Source of the DNA: Gemmatimonadota bacterium
GTDB taxonomy: Bacteria; Gemmatimonadota; Gemmatimonadetes; Gemmatimonadales; GWC2-71-9
Direction of reading: 5' to 3'
Assembly: GCA_031393795.1 (NCBI GenBank)
Contig: JANMWE010000222.1
Coordinates: forward strand, 1 to 41,008
DNA length: 41,008 nt
The notes under the pieces were generated by a model. The model saw only the letters and a list, made by a program, of their open reading frames with translations, was not told where the DNA came from and ran no database searches. Shown here in pieces: positions 1 to 8,670 of this stretch (its first letter is position 1; each line of letters begins with the position of its first letter). A program made the translations under genes and the position numbers.

Positions 1-2
1 GC

Positions 3-962
3 GCGTGCCACTTCGTCGGTCGGCACGCGCCGCTGGTCCTCCATCGACCGCCAGCCGGCCGCGCCGAGGCGGAAGTATCCCTTCACCGGGAGCGCCGCAA
101 CGTCGCGCAGGGTCGCGTAGAGCTGCCGCGCATCCCAATCGGGCGGCGCCGCAAGCAGCACGGCGCCGGGCAACGGCGACACCCGCACCAGGAGCTGCCG
201 CAGATCGTCACGCGGCTCGGCGTCGCCCGCGGCGCGTACCCGGACGCTGAGGAGGTGATCGCCCGCACCGAGCGCGCGAGTCGGGAGCACCAGGACGACG
301 TGCCCCCCGGAAGGACCGAGGGTGAACGCGCGGGTGAGGAGCGGCGTCGCGCCGCGGCCGAGGAGTTCGAGGGTCACGGCCGCCCCAGCGCCCCCGGCCC
401 GGCCGAGCTCCACGCCGATCCTGAGCGTGTCTCCCAGCGTGACCTGTTCCACCCCTTCGAGCCGGAGCACTGCCACATCGATGATATCGGCGCGCGGGAA
501 AAGCCGTACCGCCGTCCGCGCGAGGAGGTCGGGGGGCAGGTCGCGTGCGTCAGCGATCGCCCCGTCGGTCACAATGATGACGGGGCGGTCCATCGCGGTC
601 GCGGCGAGCAAGGCGGGACGGAGCGTTGAACGGGCGTAGAGTGCTGCAGTATCAGGCGCGACGGGGTTTTCCCCGAACCGCCGGACCTCTCCCCACGCCT
701 CGGCGGAGTCCTGCGCTTCGGCCCCCCGGCCACCGGCGGCGGTCATCGACAGCGAACCGTCGAGCAGGACCAGCGGCCTGCGAGCCGCCTCGGAGCGGGC
801 GCAGGTAAGGTCGAGGAGCAGGAGGGCCAGGAGCGCGCCAGAGGTGCCTCGGAGCGCGGCCAGGAGCCGTCCCTTGGCTCCGAGGCCCTCGAAATGAAGG
901 TAGGCCACCCCCCCGATGCCGAAAGCGAGGAGGACGAGGAGGATCGGGGCGAGTGTGATCAC
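3..962 (-). CDS. vWA (MIDAS)-like domain membrane protein, 3'-truncated by the window edge
   Basis: Not in the ORF track, consistent with the frame running off the window. Read by hand from GTG at 962, overlapping the hisA stop: MITLAPILLVLLAFGIGGVAYLHF...LLALLLLDLTC...PLVLLDGSLSM...VIIVTDG. Two N-terminal hydrophobic segments, a DxSxS MIDAS motif and a later TDG motif. Confidence 0.7.
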   Translation of the reverse strand, partial: MITLAPILLVLLAFGIGGVAYLHFEGLGAKGRLLAALRGTSGALLALLLLDLTCARSEAARRPLVLLDGSLSMTAAGGRGAEAQDSAEAWGEVRRFGENPVAPDTAALYARSTLRPALLAATAMDRPVIIVTDGAIADARDLPPDLLARTAVRLFPRADIIDVAVLRLEGVEQVTLGDTLRIGVELGRAGGAGAAVTLELLGRGATPLLTRAFTLGPSGGHVVLVLPTRALGAGDHLLSVRVRAAGDAEPRDDLRQLLVRVSPLPGAVLLAAPPDWDARQLYATLRDVAALPVKGYFRLGAAGWRSMEDQRRVPTDEVAR

Positions 963-1681
963 ACGTCGAGGAGCGCTGTCAGCGCCTGCACGAGGGTGAA
1001 CCGTCCTTCGTACAGAGCCCGCCCGACGATCACTCCTGCCACCGCGCTGGCCTTGGCCCGGAGCAGGTCGTCGATCGACCCGACCCCTCCGCTCAGGATC
1101 ACCCCCGCGCCGCTCGCCTCCTGCAATTCGATGGCCCCGACGAAGTCGGGACCGGCCAGCCGTCCGTCCCGGGCGATGTCGGTGTAGACGAGTGTCCGCA
1201 CCCCTTCCTGTGCCACCCGGATCGCCACATCGCGCGCCCGAACGATGGAGGTCTGCTGCCACCCGTGCAGGGCGAGGAGACCGTCCCGGACGTCCAACCC
1301 CACGGCGACGCGCGGCGCACCGATCAGCTCGAGAGCCTGTGGCACCAAGGCCGGCGTGGTGACGACGGCACTGCCGAGGATGATCCGCGTCACTTCCAGG
1401 TCGCGGACCTCACGCAGCCGCTCCTCGTTCCGGATCCCGCCGCCGAGCTGGATCCGGACGTGGCTTCCGACCCGCGTGATGATGCGACCGATCAGCGCCC
1501 CGTTCTCGCCGTCGCCGAAGGCGCGATCGAGGTCGATGAGGTGGAGCCACCGGGCCCCCTGCATGACGAAGCGCTCGGCCAGGGCGACAGGGTCGTCGTC
1601 ATGGCGCTGGGTCGTCGCCGCACCCTGCGCGAGGCGCACGGCGCGGCCGAAACGAATGTCGATGGCGGGGAAGAGGTCCAC
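959..1681 (-). CDS. hisA: ProFAR isomerase (HisA/HisF TIM-barrel family)
   Basis: Motifs LFPAIDIR, LHLIDLD, QLGGGIR, VGLD, YTDIARDG, SGGV, GRALY. Start moved to GTG at 1681 (240 aa); the ORF-track extension overlaps the M23 gene. Confidence 0.9.
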   Translation of the reverse strand: MDLFPAIDIRFGRAVRLAQGAATTQRHDDDPVALAERFVMQGARWLHLIDLDRAFGDGENGALIGRIITRVGSHVRIQLGGGIRNEERLREVRDLEVTRIILGSAVVTTPALVPQALELIGAPRVAVGLDVRDGLLALHGWQQTSIVRARDVAIRVAQEGVRTLVYTDIARDGRLAGPDFVGAIELQEASGAGVILSGGVGSIDDLLRAKASAVAGVIVGRALYEGRFTLVQALTALLDV

Positions 1682-1713
1682 GGGTACACTACAGGCGGGA
1701 CGCCTGTGCTCCC

Positions 1714-2940
1714 TCAGGGGTGCTGCGCGAGGGACTGCGGCGGGTAGAGCAGTGCGGCGAGGCGGGTGCGCTCGCGATCGAAGTCGGCCCGTTCGACGGC
1801 GGCCACGGGGGTCCCATCCCCCGCCTTGATGGACCGAGGATCGCGCGCGACACCACCGACGCGGAACTCGTAATGGAGGTGCGGTCCGGTGGCGAGACCG
1901 GTCGCTCCCACCGCGCCGATCCGTTCCTCCTGTTTCACCCGCTGGCCGACGTGCACGTTGATGCGCGACAGGTGTCCGTACCGGGTGATGATGCCGTTGG
2001 CGTGCCGCAACTCGACCAGGTTGCCGTAACCACCGCTCCGTCCGGCGCGGAGCACGACCCCGTCGCCCGCGGCCATCACCGGGGTGCCGAGCGCCGCGGC
2101 GTAGTCGATCCCTTCGTGCTGCTTCCACCGGCCGAGGATAGGATGGAAGCGGCCACCGAACCCCGACGCGAGGCGCCGGAACTGGAGCGGGGCACGGAGA
2201 AAGGCGCGGCGGAGCGACTTCCCGTTGGCGTCGAAATAGCCGGTCGAGGTGCCGGGTCCGTCAAAGCGATAGGCGGTGTACTCGCGCCCGCCGACCACGA
2301 GGTCGCCGGCCAGGACGCGGCTGAAGCGGATCTCTCCCTCGGGGGTCGTCATCCGCTCGACCAGGATGCGGTAGCGGTCGCCCGGCCGGATGTCGCGCGT
2401 GAAGTCCACCTGCCAGGCGTAGACGTCGGCCAGATCCCAGGCGAGCGCCTCGCGCTGGGACTTGGGGAGGAGCGAGTCGGGGATGCTCCCGTCCAGCGCC
2501 TGATACAGCGTATTGTCGATCGGGCCTTCCACCCGGATCACGCTCTCGCGCCAGTCGATCGGCACCGCGGCGGCCATCCAGGTGGTGTCACCGAAGGAGA
2601 TGGTCGCCTTCTGCTCACGGGAGAGGCGGAAGCTCACTTCGGCGGGGATGGAATCGGCGGGATGTTTGCGGAACGCAAAGACGGTCCCGGGGCGGAGCCG
2701 CCGGAGGTCCACGGCCAGCTGGGAGGCGATGGTGCTGAACTCCGCTCCGGTGACCTTGTTCCGCGCAAAGACCCCCGAAAGCGTCTCGCCGGGATGAAGG
2801 GTATCGACGGTCACCAGGTACGGCACCGCCACGACGACCGGCGCCATCAATGGACGCGGCCACGGCCAAACACCGCGGGCCCACGCGATCAGCGCGAGCC
2901 CGACGATGACGGCGGGGAGAGACCGCGCGAGTCGCTGCAT
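1714..2940 (-). CDS. M23 family peptidoglycan endopeptidase (MepM/OapA-like)
   Basis: N-terminal TM segment; HEGID (HxxxD), GYGNLVELRH, YGHL and ATGPHLHYE (HxH) zinc motifs. ATG overlaps the ftsZ stop codon. Confidence 0.9.
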   Translation of the reverse strand: MQRLARSLPAVIVGLALIAWARGVWPWPRPLMAPVVVAVPYLVTVDTLHPGETLSGVFARNKVTGAEFSTIASQLAVDLRRLRPGTVFAFRKHPADSIPAEVSFRLSREQKATISFGDTTWMAAAVPIDWRESVIRVEGPIDNTLYQALDGSIPDSLLPKSQREALAWDLADVYAWQVDFTRDIRPGDRYRILVERMTTPEGEIRFSRVLAGDLVVGGREYTAYRFDGPGTSTGYFDANGKSLRRAFLRAPLQFRRLASGFGGRFHPILGRWKQHEGIDYAAALGTPVMAAGDGVVLRAGRSGGYGNLVELRHANGIITRYGHLSRINVHVGQRVKQEERIGAVGATGLATGPHLHYEFRVGGVARDPRSIKAGDGTPVAAVERADFDRERTRLAALLYPPQSLAQHP

Positions 2941-4100
2941 CAATCCATCTGTCGGCGGATGAAGGTCGGGATATCCATCTCGTCCGACGCGGACGCCCCC
3001 GCGGCCTTCTTGGGCTCGGGCTTCGGCGCCTGGCTCGTGGCCTGGGGCGGCGGGGGCGGCGCCGGCATCTTCTTGGCGCTCGGGAACGGCAGCACGTTGC
3101 CCGCGTTCCCCACCGACCGCATCCCCGGATCGCCCGACACCTGGCGGTCGAACCCGGTCGCGATCACGGTGACCCGCACCTCGCCCTGCATCGCTTCGTC
3201 CACCCGGTTGCCGAAGATGATCTCGGCCTCGCCGCCCGCAGCGTCGTGGATGATGTCGTTGATGCGGGTCAGCTCGTCCATCGTGAGGTCGGGCCCGTGG
3301 GTGATGTTGATCAGCACCCCGGTGGCCCCCTGGATGGACACGTTGTCGAGCAGCGGGCTCGAAATGGCCTGTTGCGCCGCCTCCATCGAGCGGTTCTCCC
3401 CCTTGCCGCTGCCGGTCCCCATCAGCGCCGCCCCGCCGTTCTGCATGATGGTGCGCACGTCGGCGAAGTCGACGTTGATCATCCCGGTGTGGGTGATCAG
3501 GTCGGCGATGCCCTGGGTGGCGTGGAGCAGCACCTCGTCGGCCTTCTTGAGCGCGTCGGTGAAGGGGATCTGCTTCCCCACCACCGCCATCAGCCGCTCG
3601 TTCGGCACCACGATCATCGTGTCGACGCTCTTCCGGAGCTCGGCGATGCCGAGCTCGGCCTGCTTCATCCGCTTCTTGCCCTCGAAGAGGAAGGGCTTGG
3701 TGACGATGCCGATGGAGAGCGCGCCGATGTCGCGCGCCAACTGGGCGATGATCGGCGCCGAGCCGGTGCCGGTGCCGCCGCCCATCCCGCAGGTCACGAA
3801 GACAAGGTCGGCGCCCTGGATGGCCTGGAGGACGTCGTCACGGTCCTCCTCGATCGCCTGGCGGCCGATCTCGGGCCGCGCACCGGCGCCGAGCCCCTTG
3901 GTGAGCTTTTTGCCGATCTGGACCTTCACGTCCGACCGGGAGGTGGCCAACGCCTGGCTGTCGGTGTTGACCGAGATGAACTGCACGCCCTTGAGGCCCT
4001 CGGCGATCATGCGGTTGACGGCGTTCCCACCGCCGCCGCCGACGCCGACCACCTTCAGGTTGGCGTGCTGCGCCACCGTCTCATCGAGCTCGAAGATCAT
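2940..4100 (-). CDS. ftsZ: Cell division GTPase FtsZ
   Basis: VVGVGGGGGNAV, GGGTGTG tubulin signature, NVDFADV, C-terminal DIPTFIRRQ peptide. Confidence 0.99.
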   Translation of the reverse strand: MIFELDETVAQHANLKVVGVGGGGGNAVNRMIAEGLKGVQFISVNTDSQALATSRSDVKVQIGKKLTKGLGAGARPEIGRQAIEEDRDDVLQAIQGADLVFVTCGMGGGTGTGSAPIIAQLARDIGALSIGIVTKPFLFEGKKRMKQAELGIAELRKSVDTMIVVPNERLMAVVGKQIPFTDALKKADEVLLHATQGIADLITHTGMINVDFADVRTIMQNGGAALMGTGSGKGENRSMEAAQQAISSPLLDNVSIQGATGVLINITHGPDLTMDELTRINDIIHDAAGGEAEIIFGNRVDEAMQGEVRVTVIATGFDRQVSGDPGMRSVGNAGNVLPFPSAKKMPAPPPPPQATSQAPKPEPKKAAGASASDEMDIPTFIRRQMD

Positions 4101-4118
4101 GGGTCGCTCCCGCGTCGC

Positions 4119-5372
4119 CTAGAAGAAGTCCTGGAACCACTGCTTCACCGGGCCCAGCCACTTCTCGACGGGCAGACCCCGTCGCCCTCCCATCCCGAAT
4201 CCCTGTCCTTCGGCGCGCTTGCGCGCTCCGTAGAGCGCCAGCCCTGCCACCACCGCCATCCGCGGTGCTTCGACCCCATCGGCCAGCCCGGTGAGCCCCT
4301 GCTCCGCCTTGCCGATCCGCACCGGAATCGCGCAGACCTCGCGCGCCAACTCTACGATCCCCGGCGTCGAAGCGCCCCCGCCCACCAGCACCAGCCCCGC
4401 GGGTAACCGACCTTGAAATCCCGCGCGGGTGATCTCGTCCAGCGCGTACTCGAGCACTTCCCGCAGCCGCGCGTCCATGATGTGGGCGAGCACCTGTCGC
4501 GCCACCGTCCGCGACCCCTGCCCCGGCGTACTAGGAAGGTCGATGATATCGCTCCCCGGCACCAGTGGCTGGTACGCAGCCCCCGAGCGCTCCTTGAGCC
4601 TCTCGGCGTCCGACTGGGTCACCTGCAGTCCGTGCACGATGTCATTGGTCACGTGGCCGCCGGCGATCCTGACCGACCCGGTGTGCCGGATCCTCCCCCC
4701 TTGGAAGACCGCCACGTTGGTGCTCCCGCCGCCCAGGTCCACCAACGCGCAGCCGAGCTCGAGCTCGTCGGCGGTGAGCACCGGCAGGGAGGCCGCGAGG
4801 GGTTCGAGGACGAACTCCTCGACATGATACCCGGCGCGCTCCACGCACTTCTTCAGGTTCTGCAGGGCGTTGCTGTAGACGGTGACGAGGTAGACCTCCG
4901 CCTCCAGCCGCATCCCCGACATCCCGAGGGGTTCATTGATCCCCGCCTGCTGGTCCACCCGGTACTCCTGCGGGATCGCGTGCAGCAGCTCGTGATCGCG
5001 CCCGAGGGAGATGGCACACGCCACGTCATTCACGCGCGCCAGGTCGGCGGTGCGGATCTCCTCCCCCGTCACCGAGACCGTGCCGTTCGAGCTCTTGCCG
5101 CTCACGTGCTCGCCCGCGATGCCGCAGAACACCGAGCCCACTTCGACGCCGGCCATCCGCTGCGCGTCGGAGAGCGCCTTGGTGATCGCCCGGGTCGCTT
5201 CCTCGATGTCGCGCACCACGCCGCGACGGATCCCGTTGGAGCGTTCGATGCCGACGCCGAGCACGCGCGCGGTCGGACGGCGGGCATCGCCCCCCGCTTC
5301 GGCCACGACCGCCGTCACCTTGGTGGAGCCCAGGTCCAGGGCGGCCACCAGCTTCGTAGGTGCCGTGCTCAC
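4119..5372 (-). CDS. ftsA: Cell division protein FtsA
   Basis: ALDLGSTKV, VDLGGGST, LVGGG actin-like ATPase motifs; C-terminal amphipathic helix (KWLGPVKQWFQDFF); position before ftsZ. Confidence 0.98.
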   Translation of the reverse strand: MSTAPTKLVAALDLGSTKVTAVVAEAGGDARRPTARVLGVGIERSNGIRRGVVRDIEEATRAITKALSDAQRMAGVEVGSVFCGIAGEHVSGKSSNGTVSVTGEEIRTADLARVNDVACAISLGRDHELLHAIPQEYRVDQQAGINEPLGMSGMRLEAEVYLVTVYSNALQNLKKCVERAGYHVEEFVLEPLAASLPVLTADELELGCALVDLGGGSTNVAVFQGGRIRHTGSVRIAGGHVTNDIVHGLQVTQSDAERLKERSGAAYQPLVPGSDIIDLPSTPGQGSRTVARQVLAHIMDARLREVLEYALDEITRAGFQGRLPAGLVLVGGGASTPGIVELAREVCAIPVRIGKAEQGLTGLADGVEAPRMAVVAGLALYGARKRAEGQGFGMGGRRGLPVEKWLGPVKQWFQDFF

Positions 5373-6055
5373 GCGTCCCCTCCTCGTACGATGACCTGAC
5401 CGGCCCAGCGGCCGTCGAGCTCTCGCCAGGGGCGGCGGAGGCGGGCCAGGTCCTGCGCCACTGCCGTCACCGCCCGGATCGTTTCCATCGACGCGTCGGG
5501 CCGGAACACCAGCCGCCGCCGCGCCACCATCAAGATTACCCAGGGACCGTCCCGTTCCGCACTCCCCACCTGGGCAAAGAGCGCCGGGTCGGCCGCCCGC
5601 ACCTGCCCCAACAGTTTCCCGATGAGGCTGTCGGCCCGTCCCGCCAGCGGGAGATCGGGGGCGGAGACGCTCGGATCGAATGGGAGGAGCCGCCCGGGAG
5701 CGTCCATCGCGGTCAATCCGTCGCGGCCCGGCACCAGCGCCACTGGCGGCACCTCCGTGATCTCCACCCGGATCGTGCCGGGGAGCCGGCGCGACACTTC
5801 GGCATCGACCACCCCGGGGATCGCCCGCGCCCGCCGCTCGATCGGCGCCACATCGTCGAACACGCTGGCCGTCCGGGAGAGCGAGAGCCCCCGCAACACC
5901 TCATCGCGCCCCAGATATTCCAGGCCGAGCAGTTCCACTCGGCGCACCCGGAAGAAATCGACTTTGCGCAGGACCCGAGGCGCGAAGGCCCAGGTGAATG
6001 CGCAGAGGATCAGCGCATAGAGGGCCAGCCACCCCGGGCGTAGGAACCGTCTCAT
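5369..6055 (-). CDS. ftsQ: Cell division protein FtsQ/DivIB
   Basis: N-terminal TM, POTRA-like FFRVRRVELLG...VSRRLPGTIRVEITE, C-terminal ELDGRW (cf. YxDLR); position between murC and ftsA. Confidence 0.85.
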   Translation of the reverse strand: MRRFLRPGWLALYALILCAFTWAFAPRVLRKVDFFRVRRVELLGLEYLGRDEVLRGLSLSRTASVFDDVAPIERRARAIPGVVDAEVSRRLPGTIRVEITEVPPVALVPGRDGLTAMDAPGRLLPFDPSVSAPDLPLAGRADSLIGKLLGQVRAADPALFAQVGSAERDGPWVILMVARRRLVFRPDASMETIRAVTAVAQDLARLRRPWRELDGRWAGQVIVRGGDA

Positions 6056-7410
6056 TTCGCCACCAGCGCCCGTCCGACCTTGGTCACGTCACCGGCACCG
6101 AGGGTCAGGACCACGTCGCCCGGTCGCATCTCCGCCGCCACCGCCGCCTCGAGGTCCTCACGGCGCGGGACGAAGATCGAACGGCCCCCCGAGAGCGCCA
6201 CCGCCTGCGCCACCACCTGGCCCGTCACGCCCGGCACGGGCGCTTCCCGCGCCCCGTACACATCGGCCACGATCGCGAGGTCGGCGGCGGCCAACGCCCG
6301 TCCCATCGCCTCCCCGTGCACCTGCGTCCGCGAATAGAGGTGCGGCTGGAAGACCGCCACCAACCGCCGCCCGGGGAAGGCCTGCTTGCTCGCCGACAAG
6401 GTCGCGTTGAGCTCCGAGGGATGATGGGCGTAGTCGTCCACGAACGTGATCCCGTGCGCCTCTCCCAACCGCTCGAATCGCCGTCCCGCGCCGGTGAACC
6501 GAGCCAGCGCCCCGAGCGCCGCGTCCACATCGCCTCGGAGGGCCACCACCGTCCCCAGCGCCGCCGTGGCGTTCAGGATGTTGTGCATCCCGGGGACCGA
6601 GAGCCGGAGGACCACCCGCCGCCCGTCGGGGAGACGCACGTGAGCGCTCGTCCCCTTCGGTCCCTGCTCCACCGGCCCGATCCGAAGATCGGCGTCGCCG
6701 GTACCGAACCGCCACACGTCGTTCTTGAGCCGGGCCGCCACCCGCGCAGCGCCGGGGTCATCGGTACCCACCAGCGCGATCCGCGCTCGGCCCGCGAACT
6801 CCACGAACGCATCCTCGATGGCGCCGAGGGTCCCGTAGACCTCGAGATGGTCGGCCTCGACGTTGTTCACCACCGCGATCCCGGGCCGAAGCTCGAGGAA
6901 GGCGCGGTCGTACTCGTCGGCCTCGACCACGAAGAGCTGGTCCCCGCCAATCCGGGCGTTGCCGCCCCACTGCGCCACCCGGCCTCCGGCCAGACCGGTC
7001 GGATCGAACCCCGCAGCGGCCAAGGCCTCGGTGGCCATCACGGTGGTCGTCGTCTTCCCGTGTGTCCCCGACAGGGCCACCACTTCGTGCGGATTGACCA
7101 GGTCGGCCAGCGCGCGCTTGCGTGGTACGACCGGGATCCCCGCGGCGCGGGCGGCAACTAATTCGGGATGGTCGACTGGGATCGCTGCGGTCGCCACCAC
7201 TGCGCGGGCCCCCGCGACGTGCGCCGGGTCGTGCCCGGCGAGGACGGTCGCTCCGAGGGCCGCCACGTCGGCGGCACCCGCCGGATCGGTGTCACACCCG
7301 GTCACCTTTACCCCGCGACGCGAGGCCAAGAGGGCCAGGGCGCTCATCCCGGCGCCGCCGATGCCCATGAAGTGCACTGGGCGGGTGTCCGAGGGTGAGA
7401 ACAGATCCAT
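6052..7410 (-). CDS. murC: UDP-N-acetylmuramate--L-alanine ligase
   Basis: HFMGIGGAGMS, GTHGKTTT, EADEYD, DDYAHHP, FQPHLYSRT, GAGD. Confidence 0.98.
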   Translation of the reverse strand: MDLFSPSDTRPVHFMGIGGAGMSALALLASRRGVKVTGCDTDPAGAADVAALGATVLAGHDPAHVAGARAVVATAAIPVDHPELVAARAAGIPVVPRKRALADLVNPHEVVALSGTHGKTTTTVMATEALAAAGFDPTGLAGGRVAQWGGNARIGGDQLFVVEADEYDRAFLELRPGIAVVNNVEADHLEVYGTLGAIEDAFVEFAGRARIALVGTDDPGAARVAARLKNDVWRFGTGDADLRIGPVEQGPKGTSAHVRLPDGRRVVLRLSVPGMHNILNATAALGTVVALRGDVDAALGALARFTGAGRRFERLGEAHGITFVDDYAHHPSELNATLSASKQAFPGRRLVAVFQPHLYSRTQVHGEAMGRALAAADLAIVADVYGAREAPVPGVTGQVVAQAVALSGGRSIFVPRREDLEAAVAAEMRPGDVVLTLGAGDVTKVGRALVAK

Positions 7411-7426
7411 TGGTTGGAAGGCTAAT

Positions 7427-8551
7427 TTAATGAATCTTCGGGAGTTGCGAAAGAGCTTGGCTCCCTAAAAGTGTCAATAAATGTGACACTATCGAGTCCA
7501 CGGCATGGGGTCGTCCTCGCCCTTTGGCACGGGTCGCCATGGTCCGCCGACGCACATCATCGGTCAGCAATTCGCCGATAAGCCGCCCCAGGGTCAGGGT
7601 GCTGAGCTCCGCCTGCGGGAGGTGCACCGCCGCGCCCGCCACCTCGAGCGCCACCGCATTACCCGTCTGGTGGTCCGAGGCGGCCGTGGGCAACGGGATG
7701 AGGATCGATGGGATCCCCCACGCACAGAGCTCCGCGCCGGTCATCATACCGGCGCGCGCGACCGCGATATCGGCCACCGCGAAGGCGTCCGCCATTGGAT
7801 CGATGAAGCCGAAGACCTGCACGTCGGGCGTCTTCTGGTACTTGGCGTACTCCTCGTAGCTTCCCCGCCCCGTGGCCCAGATCACCGAGCAGGTGTCCGC
7901 GCCCCCGACCTCGATCCACCCCGCCACCGCGCGGTTGATCGCCAGCGCCCCCTGGCTCCCGCCGGTCACCAGCACCACCGGTTTGCGGCCGTCGAGCCCG
8001 AAACGCTTGAGCGCCGCCTCACGCCGGGCCGGGTCGGGTGGTACGATCGGGTTGCCGGTGTCCCAGACCTTCGTCCTCTTCCCGACCCGCAGCCGCTCCT
8101 TCGCTTCCGGCAGGCCGAGATAGACGTGGTCTACCCGACCGGCGAGCCGCTTGGTGGCGAGGCCAGGCCAGGCATTCTGCTCCTGGATGGCACTCGGCAA
8201 GCCGAGTCCCGCGCCATACCAGACGGCGGGGGCCGAGGCATAGCCGCCGGTCCCGACGACGAGCGCGGGGCGCTCCTCCGCGAAGATCTTCTTCAACTCG
8301 CGGTGCACCTGCCACGCCACGAACGGTAAGCGGACATTCCTCCACCATTGGCGGCGGTAGAACGGTTCGATGGCGAGGAGGTGATAGCGAAAGTCGCGGG
8401 TGGGGAGGATCTGGATCTCGATGCCGCGGGTGGCACCGATCAAAACTGGTTCGAGATCCGGGCGCTTGGCCTGGAGCGCCTCGGCGATGGCGAGCGCGGG
8501 CATCAGGTGGCCGCCGGTACCGCCCCCCGCGATCAGGATCCGGGTCTTCAT
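7427..8551 (-). CDS. murG: Lipid I N-acetylglucosaminyltransferase MurG
   Basis: GGGTGGH, GTGGY, EQNA, GNP, GGSQGA, RAG, HQxxNA. Start set at MKTRILIAGG (ATG 8551); the ORF-track extension runs through an intergenic repeat. Confidence 0.97.
   Translation of the reverse strand: MKTRILIAGGGTGGHLMPALAIAEALQAKRPDLEPVLIGATRGIEIQILPTRDFRYHLLAIEPFYRRQWWRNVRLPFVAWQVHRELKKIFAEERPALVVGTGGYASAPAVWYGAGLGLPSAIQEQNAWPGLATKRLAGRVDHVYLGLPEAKERLRVGKRTKVWDTGNPIVPPDPARREAALKRFGLDGRKPVVLVTGGSQGALAINRAVAGWIEVGGADTCSVIWATGRGSYEEYAKYQKTPDVQVFGFIDPMADAFAVADIAVARAGMMTGAELCAWGIPSILIPLPTAASDHQTGNAVALEVAGAAVHLPQAELSTLTLGRLIGELLTDDVRRRTMATRAKGRGRPHAVDSIVSHLLTLLGSQALSQLPKIH
7470..7490. promoter_or_regulatory. Operator-like palindrome AGTGTCA-N7-TGACACT in an AT-rich patch upstream of murC
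   Basis: Perfect 7-bp inverted repeat with a 7-bp spacer (AGTGTCA ATAAATG TGACACT), inside the last codons of murG. It contains TTGACA on the minus strand. Confidence 0.45.
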
Positions 8552-8556
8552 CACGT

Positions 8557-8670
8557 GGTGACCCGTGACCGGTGACCGGTGACCGGGCCACGGGAGCGGA
8601 GCCGCGGCCCTCTCCCGCCAACGATGCACGCCAACAAGGCCCGGTTACTGGTCACTGGTCACCGGTCACT
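8557..8670. repeat. Inverted repeat built from tandem heptamers (GGTGACC)x4 ... (GGTCACY)x4
   Basis: Left arm 8557-8589 GGTGACC CGTGACC GGTGACC GGTGACC GGGCC; right arm 8638-8670 GGCCC GGTTACT GGTCACT GGTCACC GGTCACT; 48-bp spacer; fills the ftsW-murG gap. Confidence 0.85.

Noticed and set aside
1720-4122. 800-aa plus-strand ORF (likewise 32912..35716, 35520..38204, 27813..29840, 18701..20551 and others)
   Set aside because: Antisense shadows of well-supported minus-strand genes, expected at high GC; no recognisable motifs.
7470-7490. dif or matS site
   Set aside because: Does not match the XerC/XerD dif consensus; half-site orientation and spacing differ from matS (GTGACRNYGTCAC).
8557-8670. 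CRISPR array or IS ends
   Set aside because: Units are 7 bp with no unique spacers; no cas or transposase gene in the window.
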